This document shows, one piece after another, positions 27,642 to 41,072 of a stretch of DNA of 64,000 nucleotides. Origin of the DNA: Octopus vulgaris. Lineage: Eukaryota. Both the position numbers and the translations under genes were made by a program. Each line of letters opens with the position of its first letter. The first letter of the stretch is position 1. The stretch lies in the NCBI GenBank assembly GCA_951406725.2, contig OX597831.1:55862001-55926000 (forward strand), given 5' to 3'. The notes below the pieces were generated by a model that was given only the letters and a program-made list of their open reading frames with translations, was not told where the DNA came from and ran no database searches.

Positions 27642-27831
27642 TGTATATATATATATATACATATATACGACAGGCTTCTTTCAGTTTCCGTCTACCAAAT
27701 CCACTCACAAGGTTTTGGTCGGCCCGAGGCTATAGTAGAAGACACTTGCCCAAGGTGCCACGCAGTGGGACTGAACCCGGAGCCATGTGGTTGGTAAACA
27801 AGCTACTTACCACACAGCCACTCCTGCGCCT
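27341..27831 (-). mobile_element. CORE-type SINE family A, full length (others: 11380-11797 +, 32240-32641 -, 34640-35040 -, 36395-36792 -, 42700-43053 -, 46650-47049 +, 59986-60397 +)
   Basis: Head AGGCGCAGGAGTGGCTGTGTGGTAAG...GGGTTCAGTCCC (A/B boxes) followed by ACCTTGGGCAAGT. Confidence 0.85.
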
Positions 27832-28135
27832 ATAATAACAAAATTAAAAATATATATATAGTTATCAAGGTGGTGCTCCAGCATGACCGCAGTCGAATGT
27901 CTGAAACAAAAGAATATATAAGAGAAGATATGAATAATAGTCATTAGAAATTTATTCTTTATTGCCGTAAATTTGTCTTAAAGCTTTTTAAGTAGTGCTG
28001 TTAGCTTGGTGTACTAACAGAGAGCTTATGGAATATTTTGCCCGGATTGATAAGCCCTCACAAGTAACTATATATATAATATATAATATATACATGCATA
28101 TATACATACGTATATGTATATATTTAAATCTATAC

Positions 28136-28184
<49 letters not shown>

Positions 28185-28369
28185 TATGTGGGCACAGGAC
28201 GTCATGAAACCTGTACAGCAAAAAAGTACGAAGCACAAGTACATGGAACATGAACTATTCTATCGAACAACGAAAGACACAAATAGAAAACAAAACAAAC
28301 AACACAAAGAACGACCCTTCATCAGTTGTTGACTGTTTTTCTAGTCTCGTATTTCGAGCATTTAACAAC

Positions 28370-28416
<47 letters not shown>

Positions 28417-28419
28417 ATG

Positions 28420-28998
28420 TATATCAGTTGAATAAAGTTAAAGCATGGGCTGGTTTTCACGTTTTTTTATTATGGTATTTTAACGTTATAAAATATTTTG
28501 CAATGTTCATAATGCTCAATCAGCGCTTTCATACGTTCGTAGTAATCATCAGATTTCAGAATGCATTTAACTGACAGTTGAGTTCTTGACAACTGTTGTA
28601 CCATTTTGAACTCTTCAATAAGCTGAATTTTTGGAATACGGTTTTGACCAATCCGCATGCAGCTTAAACGTCATGGTTTGCCAGGCGTACCGATATTACT
28701 GGCATAGATCCCGCCTTTTTCTTAACCAATAAGCTTGCGGTTTGCATGTAATCATTTTATGAGTGAGCAAACTTAGTTGGTTTCGATCGTTTTTATTTCA
28801 GTTGGTGGCAGACTTCTGTAATTTGTTTATATTCATATGTTAAAGATATTTTTAACCCACATCATTAACTGGTTGTTATATTATTGTTGTTATTTCTGTT
28901 AAACATCATAATAAAAAACGTGAAAACCAGACCATGCTTTAACTTTATTCAACTGATATATTATTCTATACACATTCACACGAATTCGGAATATATAT
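28420..28998. mobile_element. inverted-repeat element (~55-bp IRs); related copy at 53523-53957 in opposite orientation
   Basis: TATATCAGTTGAATAAAGTTAAAGCATGG ... CCATGCTTTAACTTTATTCAACTGATATA. Confidence 0.75.
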
Positions 28999-29143
28999 AG
29001 TCATAATAATAGATTTTGTATTGTGTACTCCCCATTTGACAGTGGGGATACATCTGTTATCACTAACAAAAATATATTAATCATAGCATTTACTCTCTTT
29101 TTATTTATTCTCACTAACACCGCCATTACGTAACAACAACAAC

Positions 29144-29171
<28 letters not shown>

Positions 29172-29174
<3 letters not shown>

Positions 29175-30105
29175 GCCCTGATGCAGTATCAAGCACTGGC
29201 TCTCATGGTTTCTGATCTTATCTGATTGGAAGTGTTATCATGTACATGTTTTGTCTTGGTATAAAAGATGGGCTACAATAAATTTTCTGCTCAGTACCAC
29301 AGGTTTGCTTGTTAGTTGCTTGACCTTAACCAGTTGAGAATGTCCGCTGATAACTGACAATATGTGCATCTCTGATCACGAGCAGGAGTAGTGGGGGAGC
29401 ATCACAACCACGTGTTGAGGAAAATTATTCAGGGACCTTTTGAGCGGGATGGGCTACTCGACCTGAAGAAAATTCTGACTGGGTCCCACCTGCAAGGTCA
29501 TGCAATGTTTATCTTGATATAAGGTCACCATGTCGCGCACATATGGTTGTGATGAACGTGTCTGGTGTACCCTTATCAGACGGCTAGTCATGATGTGTGT
29601 ACTGGGCTTCGTATATTTTAATGCATAAGATCTGGTCATCAAATCTAAGTAGAGACTTCAAACTTGAAATTTTCAAAGCCACAATCGAACCAATTCTACT
29701 ATATGGCTCAGAAACCTGGACATTATCAAAGAAGCTTGAGAGGCGGTTGGATGGAACCTACACTCGCCTCCTTATGAGAGCTCAAAATCTCTCGTGGAAG
29801 CGCCATCCAACCAAAATGCAAATATATGGGAAACTACCACCCGTGTCATCTCTTGTGAAAGGTAGGAGAGTCCAGTTTGCTGGACATTGTTGTAGAGCTG
29901 AAAAAGAGGTAATTTCTACTCTTCTCTTCTGGAAGCCATCTACTCGCAATACCAGAGAGCGCACACTCTCCTACCCTGATGTAATCTCCAGGGATACAGG
30001 CATCCAGCAACATGACCTCCGTAATGCCATGATGGACCATGAAGTCTGGCGTAGCATGGTAAATTCCATTGTCTCGATCACGGTCGAACAATGATGATGA
30101 TGATG
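29172..30105 (+). mobile_element. RTE-clade non-LTR element, internally deleted, (TGA)n tail
   Basis: KLEIFKATIEPILLYGSETWTL...RRVQFAGHCCR (RTE RT C-terminus), followed by TGA repeats. Confidence 0.85.
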
Positions 30106-30980
30106 TCACTTCGATGACATGCACTGCTCTCTCACCCAATAATGATAGTAATAAAAATGATAGTAATAATGGTTTCTGATATAGGCACAAGTCCAGCAGT
30201 TCTGAGTAGAGAGGGTTAGTCGACACCTTCAACCCAGTTCAAGACTTGTACATTATTTTAACCCTGCGGGTTCAGCTTAAAATAATGCGGAAATTGATTG
30301 AATTTAGAAAATAAAAAGCCGGGAAAAAATACCACGAAGTAATTTTTTCCGATTCAGCAAACAAGCTTCGTCAATGCTGGCTCCAATGTACTGCATGTGC
30401 GCCATTGCTGTTGTTGCTTTCTCTGTTTGTTTGTGAGTTTTTATGCTTTCTTTTCTACGTTATTATAGAGAATATTGTGATGGCGATGTATGTGATTCCC
30501 AGTATTTCGTTTTTGTATTTGTTTATTTTTTTTGGGTTTTTTGCTATATGTGTGTGTGTGTGCGCACGCGCGTATCAGTTAGTGTAGTAAGGAAAAGTAT
30601 GTAATGACCATTGCATATTATTTGAAAGAAACGAGATGTGTAAAATATGAGAATAAAAATTATGTCATCGATAAAATGTGCTGGAAAACGTGGTCCTGCG
30701 TTCCATGCTCATAGGTAAAGCCACAATGGTCACGGTTGCAACGCCTTCGATCATGGAATATAATACTCCAAGCAGCTTAACCGGTCCGTGTGTGACAGCG
30801 TTGCTGCTGCTGCTGCTGGTGATGATGACGATGATAACGATGACAATTACGATGATGATAATGATATATATATATATATATATATAATCCAAACAAGAAA
30901 GCACAAAAAAACACAACAACGCGAGGACGTGGAACAAATATAGTATTATTGGACGCTCAGGAAAGAAGGAAAGAATGAGA

Positions 30981-31015
30981 GTTTAACGTTTCGAGCGGAG
31001 CTCTTCGTCGGAAAC
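30981..31015 (-). ncRNA. minimal hammerhead-like motif, identical to 11922-11956
   Basis: Exact reverse complement of the 35-nt motif. Confidence 0.6.
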
Positions 31016-31370
31016 ATAGGAGAAGGAAAGATCCAGAGAAGAGAAGACAGAGGGAAAAAAATCGCCAACGGTACACATGCGGTCACGAAGGCAATGATAA
31101 TAATATAGATGATGATGAGGAGGAGGAGCAGGGTGGTTGCTGTGGTGGCGGAGATGATGATGACGATGATGATGATGATGAAAAACAAACTATGGAGGAT
31201 AAGCTAAGGAAGGGATGGAGAATTTATAGTAGCTTGCAAAGTACTATAAACCAACACAAATGTAACTTAGTAACTGCGTTGAGCTTCTATCACACATATC
31301 CGCGCACGTACGATCACATACAATCCAACTTACAACCATACGCAGATGTGCGTGCGTGTGCGTGCGTGTG

Positions 31371-31426
<56 letters not shown>

Positions 31427-32871
31427 CGTGCGTGCGTGTGTGTGCGCGTGTGTGTGTGTTTATATAATCTACGGAGAGTCGTTGTTGTATGTGTGTGCGT
31501 GAATGCATTACATTTTTCAACTAGTGCAAGAAATATTTCGTGTTTTTGTCTTTTCCTCTCGAGTAACGTTCTGATCTGCCATATTTCTACGTGGAAATAC
31601 AATATCTGATGTTCAGTAACGTCACCACACACGTCTGATGATGGTGTGTGAGGCGGGTGGCTCGTTAATAATGAGAAAATAATTTGGATCAGATTCCTTT
31701 TCTTAGTTTTTTTTTTTCTTCTTCTATTCTTTCCTCTAAAATTTTCTTTTTCCTCTTTTTCTCTATTTCTCCCTCTCCATTCACCCCCCCTCTCTCTCTC
31801 TCTCTCTCTCTCTTTCTATTACTTTCTCTTGCTGAGCTTTAAAGGGAATCTGCTATATGAGACGACCCGTAGTTGCTTATAGTAAGTACTCTCAGCATGG
31901 CAAACTAGTAATGATATAAACTGGTTGACCGTGATAGCTACTTCGTGAATAAGTGAACAAGGTCGTTGAGTATGAAAAGTCTTAATCATGAGCTAAACAA
32001 CACTGAAAGGAAGCGAGGTAGCTGATAGGAAACGTATCATCAATTCTTTAGCTTGCATAGTGTGGTAATCTATCGACTTGATCACCCGAAGTTCTTTTAT
32101 ATGGTTAGTGCTCTACAGCTCAATTCGTAGCATTTCTTGGTCTGCTTTACCAGGCTGCTTACAAGTTAATTTGTCAGGTATGTCTGAGCAAAAGATACTC
32201 GAAAAGCTAACTTGGCAGACAGTCAAGATAACTCTCTCTCTTTTACTCTTTTACTTGTTTCAGTCATTTGACTGCGGCCATGCTGGAGCACCACCTTTAA
32301 TCGAGCAACTCGACCCCGGGACTTATTCTTTTGTAAGCCCAGTACTTATTCTGTCGGTCTCTTTTGCCGAACCGCTAAGTGACGGGGACGTAAACACACC
32401 AGCATCGGTTGTCAAGCAATGCTAGGGGGACAAACACAGACACACAAACACATACACACACATACATATATATATATACATATATACGACAGGCTTCTTT
32501 CAGTTTCCGTCTACCAAATCCACTCACAAGGCATTGGTCGGCCCGGGGCTATAGCAGAAGACACTTACCCAAGATGCCACGCAGTGGGACTGAACCCGGA
32601 ACCATATGGCTGGTTAGCAAGCTACTTACCACACAGCCACTATCATTTTTCTTTTACTTGTTTCACTCATTAGACTTCGGCCATACTGGGGCATCGCCAT
32701 GAAAAATTTTTAGTCGAATGAATCGACCCCAGTACTTGTGTTTTTTTTTTTCTTTGAGCCTGGTACTTATTTTATGTCTCTTGCCGAATCGTTAAGTTAC
32801 AGGTACGTTAACACACCAACATCAGTTGACAAGCGGTGGTGGGGTACAAACACAGACACACATACACGCGC

Positions 32872-32925
<54 letters not shown>

Positions 32926-33045
32926 AAGGTTGAAAGGCAAAGTGGACCTCGGCGGAATTTGAACTCAGAACGTAAATACGGACGAAATCCCGCTAAACAT
33001 TTTTCCCGGCGTGCTAACGATTCTGCCAGCTTAACGCCTTAATAA

Positions 33046-33742
33046 CTAGACTACCGTGACCCGTTGGGTCACCGGGGAAGTCTGAGCTTTCCAGTAACAG
33101 AGATTTCTTTCGTGGTTCTCTTCTTCTTCTTTTCGAAGTTATTTCGCATGCTTTCAACGAATGTGACATCGAAATCACGCGTAAACGGCTCCTTTCCCCA
33201 GAAAAAGAAAGATTTGACTGTTATTTCCTGCACGCCCAGCTACTACGTAACAGGTATTTCGGGTCCTTTATCGCAAATAGCTGTTAGGTGGTGGCAGGGT
33301 ATGCTAGAAATAGCAGCCAAATCTTTGGTGGTGCGATACGTTGGAGACACTATAAAGAAACCTATGGAAAAAAACTATTTCACACCGAGGTTACTAACGG
33401 GTCTTTTACGAAATATTTACCGTATTTTTAAAGTCATTTTCACTTTAAAATATTTTGCTTATCATAATATGTCTAATGGAAAGGTTAGAGTTTCTTCCCT
33501 TTCAGGGTGAAGCTATTTTCGGAGTATTTCCCCATTATGCACCGTTTTGGGTATTATACCACAAAACACTGAATATCTCAATAACTAGTGGTCCAATTTG
33601 CCCGAAACTTGTTTTATTTCGTTCGTATTGACATTTCAGGGACACTTTACCTTCAAAGTATTTTCCCATTATGTGCCAATTTGGCTGTGTAACATTGCAA
33701 GCAAGCAAGCAAGATTGAATTTCACTTTTGATAGTATATAGA
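33046..33742 (-). mobile_element. non-autonomous Helitron-like element
   Basis: Minus strand starts TCTATATAC and ends with hairpin GTGACCC-AAC-GGGTCAC then CTAG; A|T insertion in an AAT tract. Confidence 0.75.
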
Positions 33743-33959
33743 TAATAAACCTTTCTACTATAGGCGCAAAACCTGAAATTTTGAGAAGGAGCTAGTCGAT
33801 CACATCGGCTCTAGTACTCAACTGGCACTTATTCTATCGACCTCGAAAGGATGAAAAGCAGAATCTACATCGGCGAAATTTGAACTCAGAACGTAAAGTC
33901 GGACGAAATGCTGACAAGCATTTTTCTCGGCGTGCTAACGATTCTGCCAGATCGCCGCC

Positions 33960-34009
<50 letters not shown>

Positions 34010-34495
34010 CCTTTCTACTAGAGGCACAAGGTCTGAAATTTGGTGGGGAGGGGTATAGTCGATTATATCCACCCCGAAAGAAAGAAAGGCAAAGTCGATG
34101 GTAGTGGCGGTGGTGCAGCTGTTACTACTGATGATGATGATTTCTTTTATATTTGCCACAAAGACGTCAGACGTGGAGGAATGATCGCTTATTCGGGGTG
34201 TAGCAGTTGTCAGCAAAATAATCTATTTCAATAATACGAAAGAGTACAACCTTTGGAATGGGCGTGGTAGGAATCTCGATTGCATGTAATCATCTTTACC
34301 AATGAGAAAACTTAATAGGTTCTTGTCTGTGATGAAGCAGATGATAGATGTTGCACTCAGATGTTTCTTATGCACCACAAAAAAACAACAACAAAAACAG
34401 CTGAGATTATAAGTGAAGCGTTAGTCATGTAAACGGCTGAAAACAACTTCAAGAATTGAAGTCGTGTCACAACTTCAGTGGAGCAAACAGTTTAC

Positions 34496-35392
34496 AGTAA
34501 TCACTCGCCATATCGCGGTTCACCTATCGCGCCCTCAGTACATCGTGGATTTTTTTGGCTAATATATGTAAATTTATATCGCGGTCTCTTCAGTATATCG
34601 CGGGTTTCTGCGGCCGATAGGTATACTCTTTTATACTCTTTTACTCTTTTATTTGTTTCAGTCATTTGACTGCGGCCATGCTGGAGCACCGCCTTTAATC
34701 GAGCAAATCGACCCCGGGACTTATTCTTTTGTAAGCCCAGTACTTATTCTATCGGTCTCTTTTGCCGAACCGCTAAGTAACGGGGATATAAACACACCAG
34801 CATCGGTTGTCAAGCAATGCTAGGGGGACAAACACAGACACACAAACACACACACGCATACATATATACATATATACGACGGGCTTCTTTCAGTTTCTGT
34901 CTACCAAATCCACTCACAAGGCTTTGGTCGGCCCGAAGCTATAGTAGAAAACACTTGCCCAAGGTGTCACGCAGTGGGATTGAACCCAGAACCATGTGGT
35001 TGGTAAACAAGCTACTTACCACACAGCCACTCCTGCGCCTGTTTTTAGAATTTAATTATTTCTGTGGTAAAAATAAGCATTTTCACGCCTAAAAATTAAT
35101 AAATTAATATATAAAAATACAGTACAGTACTGCACAGCACAAACACGGTAATTAAAATTAAATACCAGCTGCGTACTGGTGTCGACCTAATCGACTGGCA
35201 CCCTGCTCAAAATTTTCGGGCCTAGAGTAGAAAATTCTGCGCCTTGAGTAGAAAAGAATAAAATAAATATATACAAATTATTAAAATATTTAAAATATAT
35301 ACATACAGTACAGTACTGTTTCTGCTTTGCGGATTTTCACCTATCGCGTGGGGTTTTGGAACGTAACACCCGGATAGTCGAGGGTGTTACTC
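34496..35392. mobile_element. Tigger/pogo-type MITE interrupted by a SINE
   Basis: TA-CAGTAATCACTCGCCATATCGCGG ... CCGGATAGTCGAGGGTGTTACT imperfect TIRs; internal TTCACCTATCGCG repeats. Confidence 0.6.
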
Positions 35393-35705
35393 CTCTCTAT
35401 ATTAGTCCTTAAAATTTCGTATTATAATTTACTTTCATAATCGGGAAGTTTTATATTTGTAACTAAAGAGACACGAGGAAATTGTGTACTTCAAAATATT
35501 TCCCAAGAAACATTGAAAATGCTAGGCATGGCAATGTGGTTAAGAAGGCTCGCTTTGCAACTATGTGATTTCGCGTTCAATCCCGCTGCGCGGCTCCTTG
35601 AGTTGTTCGGAAAAAAGTTCGTTTGTCTATGTTTTTGTTTTTTATGTTCTCGTTTCTCATTCTGTCTACGTTTTTTTTTTAATATCCTGTACTCATATAT
35701 GCATG

Positions 35706-35757
<52 letters not shown>

Positions 35758-35760
<3 letters not shown>

Positions 35761-36224
35761 TTTTGATAGACGGAAATTGATAGAAGCCCGTCGTATATAT
35801 CTAAATATATATATATGTGTATGTGTATGTGTGTGCGTATATATTTGTGTATCTGTGTTTGTCCCCCTAACATCGCTTGACAACCGATGGTGGTGTATTT
35901 ACGTCCCCGTAACTTAGCAGTTCGGCAAAAGACACCGCTAGAATAAATACTAGGCTTACGAAGAATAAGTCTTGGGGTCGATTTGCTGGACTAAATACGG
36001 TGCTCCAACATGGCCGCAGTCAAATGACTGAAACAACTAAAAGAAAAAATATATATATATCTATATGTTATATATATATATATCTATATGTTATATATAT
36101 ATGTGTGTGTGTGTGTGTATATATATATATGATAATAATATAAATATATGCATATATACATACATATATGTACATACCTACATAATATAAATATATGCAT
36201 ATATACATACATATTGTACATACC

Positions 36225-36274
<50 letters not shown>

Positions 36275-36321
36275 GGTATGTACATATATGTATGTATATA
36301 TGCATATATTTATATTATTAT

Positions 36322-36360
<39 letters not shown>

Positions 36361-36674
36361 ACATATATATATAACATAAAGATATATATATTTTTTCTTT
36401 TAGTTGTTTCAGTCATTTGACTGCGGCCATGCTGGAGCACCGCATTTAGTCCAGCAAATCGATCCCAAGACTTATTCTTTGTAAGCCTAGTACTTATTCT
36501 AGCGGTGTCTTTTTCCGAACTGCTAAGTTACGGGGACGTAAATACACCACCATCGGTTGTAAAGCGATGTTAGGGGGACAAACACAGATACACAAATATA
36601 TACGCACACACATACACATATATATACATAGATATATACGACGGGCTTCTTTCAGTTTCCGTCTATCAAAACCA
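35758..36674. repeat. ~900-nt inverted duplication (SINE tail + microsatellite)
   Basis: Arms share copy-specific variants (GACACCGCTAGAATAA / TTATTCTAGCGGTGTC) and mirror-image microsatellite interruptions. Confidence 0.85.
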
Positions 36675-37104
36675 CTCACAAGGCTTTGGTCGGCCTGAGG
36701 CCATAGTAGAAGACACTTGCCCAAGGTGCCACGCATTGGAACTGAACCCGGAACCATGTGGTTGGTAAGGAAGCTACTTACCACACAGCCACTTTTAAAA
36801 TCTTAGGGAATAATAAGTATTCCAGGTTATCAGGAAATTTACTATTTTACACTTTACTAATTCAATATAAACAGTATCCTTTATAATATTATTACAAATT
36901 TGGGATTTTACCAATAGAACCGCAACTCCTATTTCAGGATATTCTTATTGTATGGAATACACATAGAAAGTTATATCCAATAGAATAATATAAGCATTTA
37001 AAAACCTACTATAAAATACAATAAGATTATTTGAAAAAATATTTGAAAAATATCTATATAACTTACCTGTTATTAGTCTGTGTGGAAAGAAGATATTTTT
37101 AACC

Positions 37105-37187
37105 AACGCTACGTGTTTCTGTGCTGGTGGGGTGTTTATAAAGGCTATACCTAATACATAAATCCACCAGTGCGTCCTCAGGCTATT
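37105..37187 (-). ncRNA. type I hammerhead-like motif, partly decayed
   Basis: AAUAGC-CUGAGGA-cgcaCUGGUGG...CCACCAGcaca-GAAAC-AC-GUA-GCGUU. Confidence 0.6.
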
Positions 37188-37859
37188 CATCTTATTGTTA
37201 TTATTATTAACGGATCAAAGTTAAAAACACATAGTATAAGTCATATTAAATAGAAAAAAAAGAATATGAATAAAAATATAATAAAAATATATAAATTACA
37301 AATATATTTTTTTTTAATTAAACAAATTAAAAATTTTTTTAAATGAAAAAATTTTTTTAATTTAAACGCCTAAAATTACAATACCGATATATATAGAAAA
37401 TGCTAAACCTAAGGAAACCCTCAACGACTATATTATAAATATATCAAATCCTACAACCTATCTATATAAACATTACGGGAATTAATAATTTAGTGTAAGA
37501 TTTATCTCTATCTATACAAGTATAAATTACCATTCTTTTAGTGTTTAAAAGATTATTTAGTAAAAACCACTATATATGTTATAAATATATTGAATAAAAC
37601 TAGTACAAAAACTCTAGTAAAAAAAATTAACAAAAGAAGTATACTTATCGATATAATGTTTACTCCTTCTCATTCCTGTGTAAATGGCTGCTCCCTCTGT
37701 CATGCGCGAAGTATTATGGGATAACATAAATAAAATACTCTGAAAAATTCTCTAAGACTAATAATATTAGGGAGGTTGGATTCAAGGGGATATAATAGCT
37801 AGAAATATGTTATACTCTTAAATCTAGCTGTTACAGCTAGATTTAAGAGTATATTAAAA

Positions 37860-38430
37860 TGAGTATACTAAAAAACTGTGGGCACCTGAAACCCAGGCTG
37901 TTGCAGTAACCTTCCTGAAGCTCGATGGCATTGCTGGGATCTTTGGCACTGTGCAGTGACAACCCGTTCTGGCATTGGTGTAGCTTTCAATGCTAAAATT
38001 TGGCACAATTCCTTCCAGGATCTTCCAAATGTATATTACTGCATACCTCTCCTGTCTTCGCTCCAGGGAGTAGATTCTTAGCTGTTTCAGCCTTTTCCAG
38101 TAGCTGAGCTGTTGCAAAGAGACGATCTTCTTTGTGAAGCTTCGCTGGATTGCTTCAAGGTCCGCTGTTAATTTTACACTGTTGGGTGACCATAGCTGGG
38201 AGCAGTAATCTAGGCGGCTGAGGACGAATGTCCTCCAAAAGACCGTCATGATTTCCTTATCTCTGATTCTGAGTGTTCTCAGGATCCAGCCAGTCGCCTG
38301 CACTTTGTCGCCGTCCTGATGTTCATTTGGAAAGAGTTATCATCACTCATGCCGATACCCAGGTCCCTCACTGATTTAGGCTCTGGGATTGTAATTCCTT
38401 GTGGACCGGTGTACCCTGTAAGTTTCATAT
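37860..38430 (-). mobile_element. CR1-like LINE fragment
   Basis: RTFVLSRLDYCSQLWSP...LEAIQRSFTK...YSLERR. Confidence 0.85.
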
Positions 38431-38770
38431 TCAGTTTTGGACTTAAATTTAAATTTAAAAATATGAATAGTGATTATTTTGTTAAATAATTTGATAATTA
38501 GATATTGGACTATAACTGAGTTAAGGATATTCGTGAGTTTATTATGTTTTTTAAAGCCGTATTTTATCTTAATAGATAAATACATTTTTCTATCTATTTT
38601 TTTTACCTTAAAAATTAATATTTAACATAATATATGGGTTGTATGACATAATCCTAATGTTTTAAGTTTCTAATTTAGAAAATAGAGTTTTTTTATAAGA
38701 AAAATTATTATTTTATTTATTTTTTAAAAATATTGTTTAACTCTATTTGCTTATTTATTTAACTATTATC

Positions 38771-38873
38771 ATTACCCTGAAGATTGACTATAATTTTAAT
38801 TCGAATTTTTAATTGAATTTAAACTTAATTGTAATTCGAATTGAATTATAGCCATGAAATGTACGTAGTCTTT
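38771..38873 (+). ncRNA. type I hammerhead-like motif with long stem II, stem I decayed
   Basis: CUGAAGA (38777-38783), CUAUAAUU..AAUUCGAAUU / AAUUCGAAUU..AAUUAUAG stem II, GAAAU-GUAC-GUA (38856-38867). Confidence 0.55.
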
Positions 38874-39243
38874 TTACTTATTATATTATATTTAACTTTT
38901 TTATGCTTTTTGGTTAGTTATATTAAAAAAAAATTTCAAGTTTAAAAATTAAAAAATTAAGAAATTTTAAAAATTTAAATATATATAAAATTTAAAAATA
39001 TAAATTAAAAAATTTTAAATTTTAATAATTTAAATTTTAAATTTTATATTTTATATATATATATATTATATATTATATTAATTATATTTATTTTTTGTTT
39101 TTTATGTTTTGGTTTATGTCTATCACTGTTTGAGTTGCCTAATAGTGGTTTTATCTCTAATTTAATTTATACTTATACTGTGAAATTTGATTTAATCCTA
39201 AATCTAATTTTCCCTGTAAGTTTGGATATACTCCCTAATATTA

Positions 39244-39312
<69 letters not shown>

Positions 39313-41072
39313 GAGGTCGATTTGTTCCACTAAACCCTCTGCATGGCTGCAATCCAATGACTGAAACATGTAGAAGAAAGAGCAAAAGGAAAAGGAAGCT
39401 AATCTAGGCAGAAATTAAAAGAAACAAGTGCATTAACTATTCAGTAGTGAGTCTGTGTTATATGGCGCTTGCTTTTAAATTCAAATGTAACGGGTAAAGG
39501 GTAAAGACCCTCTTCGGTCATGAATGACCATGCGGTGCTCCTAGAAAGTACCCCTCCGAGGCACAGCTCTTGGAAAGTTTGTTTGTGGAAGACTAGCGGT
39601 CGCCCGCGTATACCAGCCTCCCCACTCCACGCCACCGATTTTATCCAAGGGAAATGCAAAGGCCGATACAGCTTGGCACCAGTGACGTCACAGCCCTTTT
39701 CTACAGCTGAGTGAACTTGAGCAACGTGAAATAAAGTGTCTGCTCAAGAACATAATACAGAGCCCGGTCCGAGAATCGAACTCACTAGCTCATGATTGTG
39801 TACCCGACCCCACTTTACTTCAAGGCCCTCATTTTATAATGGAAGGGACATAGCCGACAGAATTGATTTGCATATATGCCTGGTGCTTATTGTACCCATC
39901 TCGGGTTTCAGATTAGAACTTAGGATGTTAAAAAAAAACAACGGATAAAGTTAACCGCTGGTCATTACTGTCTGGAGTCCTAGCACCCATAGGGTGGATT
40001 ACCCGGTCCTCGTGGTGTATAAATGACTGAGATCACCGCTGTCCTTCTGAACAGGATGCCAGTTTATCACAGGGTTACTTATTTGCCACTCAATGGCCTT
40101 TAACAACGTGAAATGGACTGTTTTGCGCAGGAACACAAGACACCGCTCGGTCTGAGAACCGAAATCACGATCTTGCAAACCTTCACCAATTAACTAGGTT
40201 CCTTCAGTTATGAAGACAAACCTAAATATAATTCAATTATTATGGAAGTCTTCTGTTCCGTTCTCTCCACTGATTTTCATATTTGTAATCAGCTGACTAC
40301 TCTACAGATCTCCAGTTATGTTTACTATTTTTATTCAGTAATATTAATTTTAAATAATCATCACAATTATACAGATGCCAGGAACGCCTGAAATATATTA
40401 TTTTTTCTAGTCTTCAAAAGGTTTGCAAATCCTGTGATGTTAGATGAAAAGATCTGCATTCCGTATGCGAAAGAATTATAAAGAAATTGAAAAACAGATA
40501 ATCTAATACTCAGCTAACGAACATCAATCAACTAAAATTAAAAGATGATGGATTTGTATGAGTAAAGTATGATTAATAACGGAAAGGAAATACCCAGTAT
40601 TTATCAATTTCTTAAGTTAATCGGCCTTCTTAATCATTAACTGCAAGAAAATAAAAAAGAAGCTAATTGACTTCACTTGTAGTTCTTTCAATCCTCTTTG
40701 CCTTATATTTTCGTACCAGTTTATTTATCTACGGTTTCAAAAGTTAGCTCACCGCCGAGTGTTTTCTCTTTCCCGTAACTGTAAAGATATCATCTATTTT
40801 ATTTTCTCTCCGAGCACAGAAACATAATAAAAATTGATATAAATATCGGTTTCACGCCTGCCCTACAATGTCTTTCTAAAAATAAACAATAACACCATTG
40901 AACTCTTGAAACTTCGATTTAATGCATAGTTAATTCAAAACAATCTAGGTAAATAAGCATTGCATTTGACAGAATAATCTGAATGCTAAAGGTTAAACAG
41001 AAGAAAGATAGATTAGAAAATATGATCCTGGAAATATTGGTTTCAAATCTTGGCACAAGACAAGCAATTCCA

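Noticed and set aside
30665-30860. Nested coding exon or miRNA next to the CTG/GAT repeats
   Set aside because: No convincing splice pair, protein motif or precursor-quality hairpin.
36795-39250. Mitochondrial insertion (NUMT) or alternative-genetic-code ORF
   Set aside because: No recognisable mitochondrial protein, rRNA or tRNA motif in the frames I translated; hammerhead motifs and a LINE fragment explain the block better.
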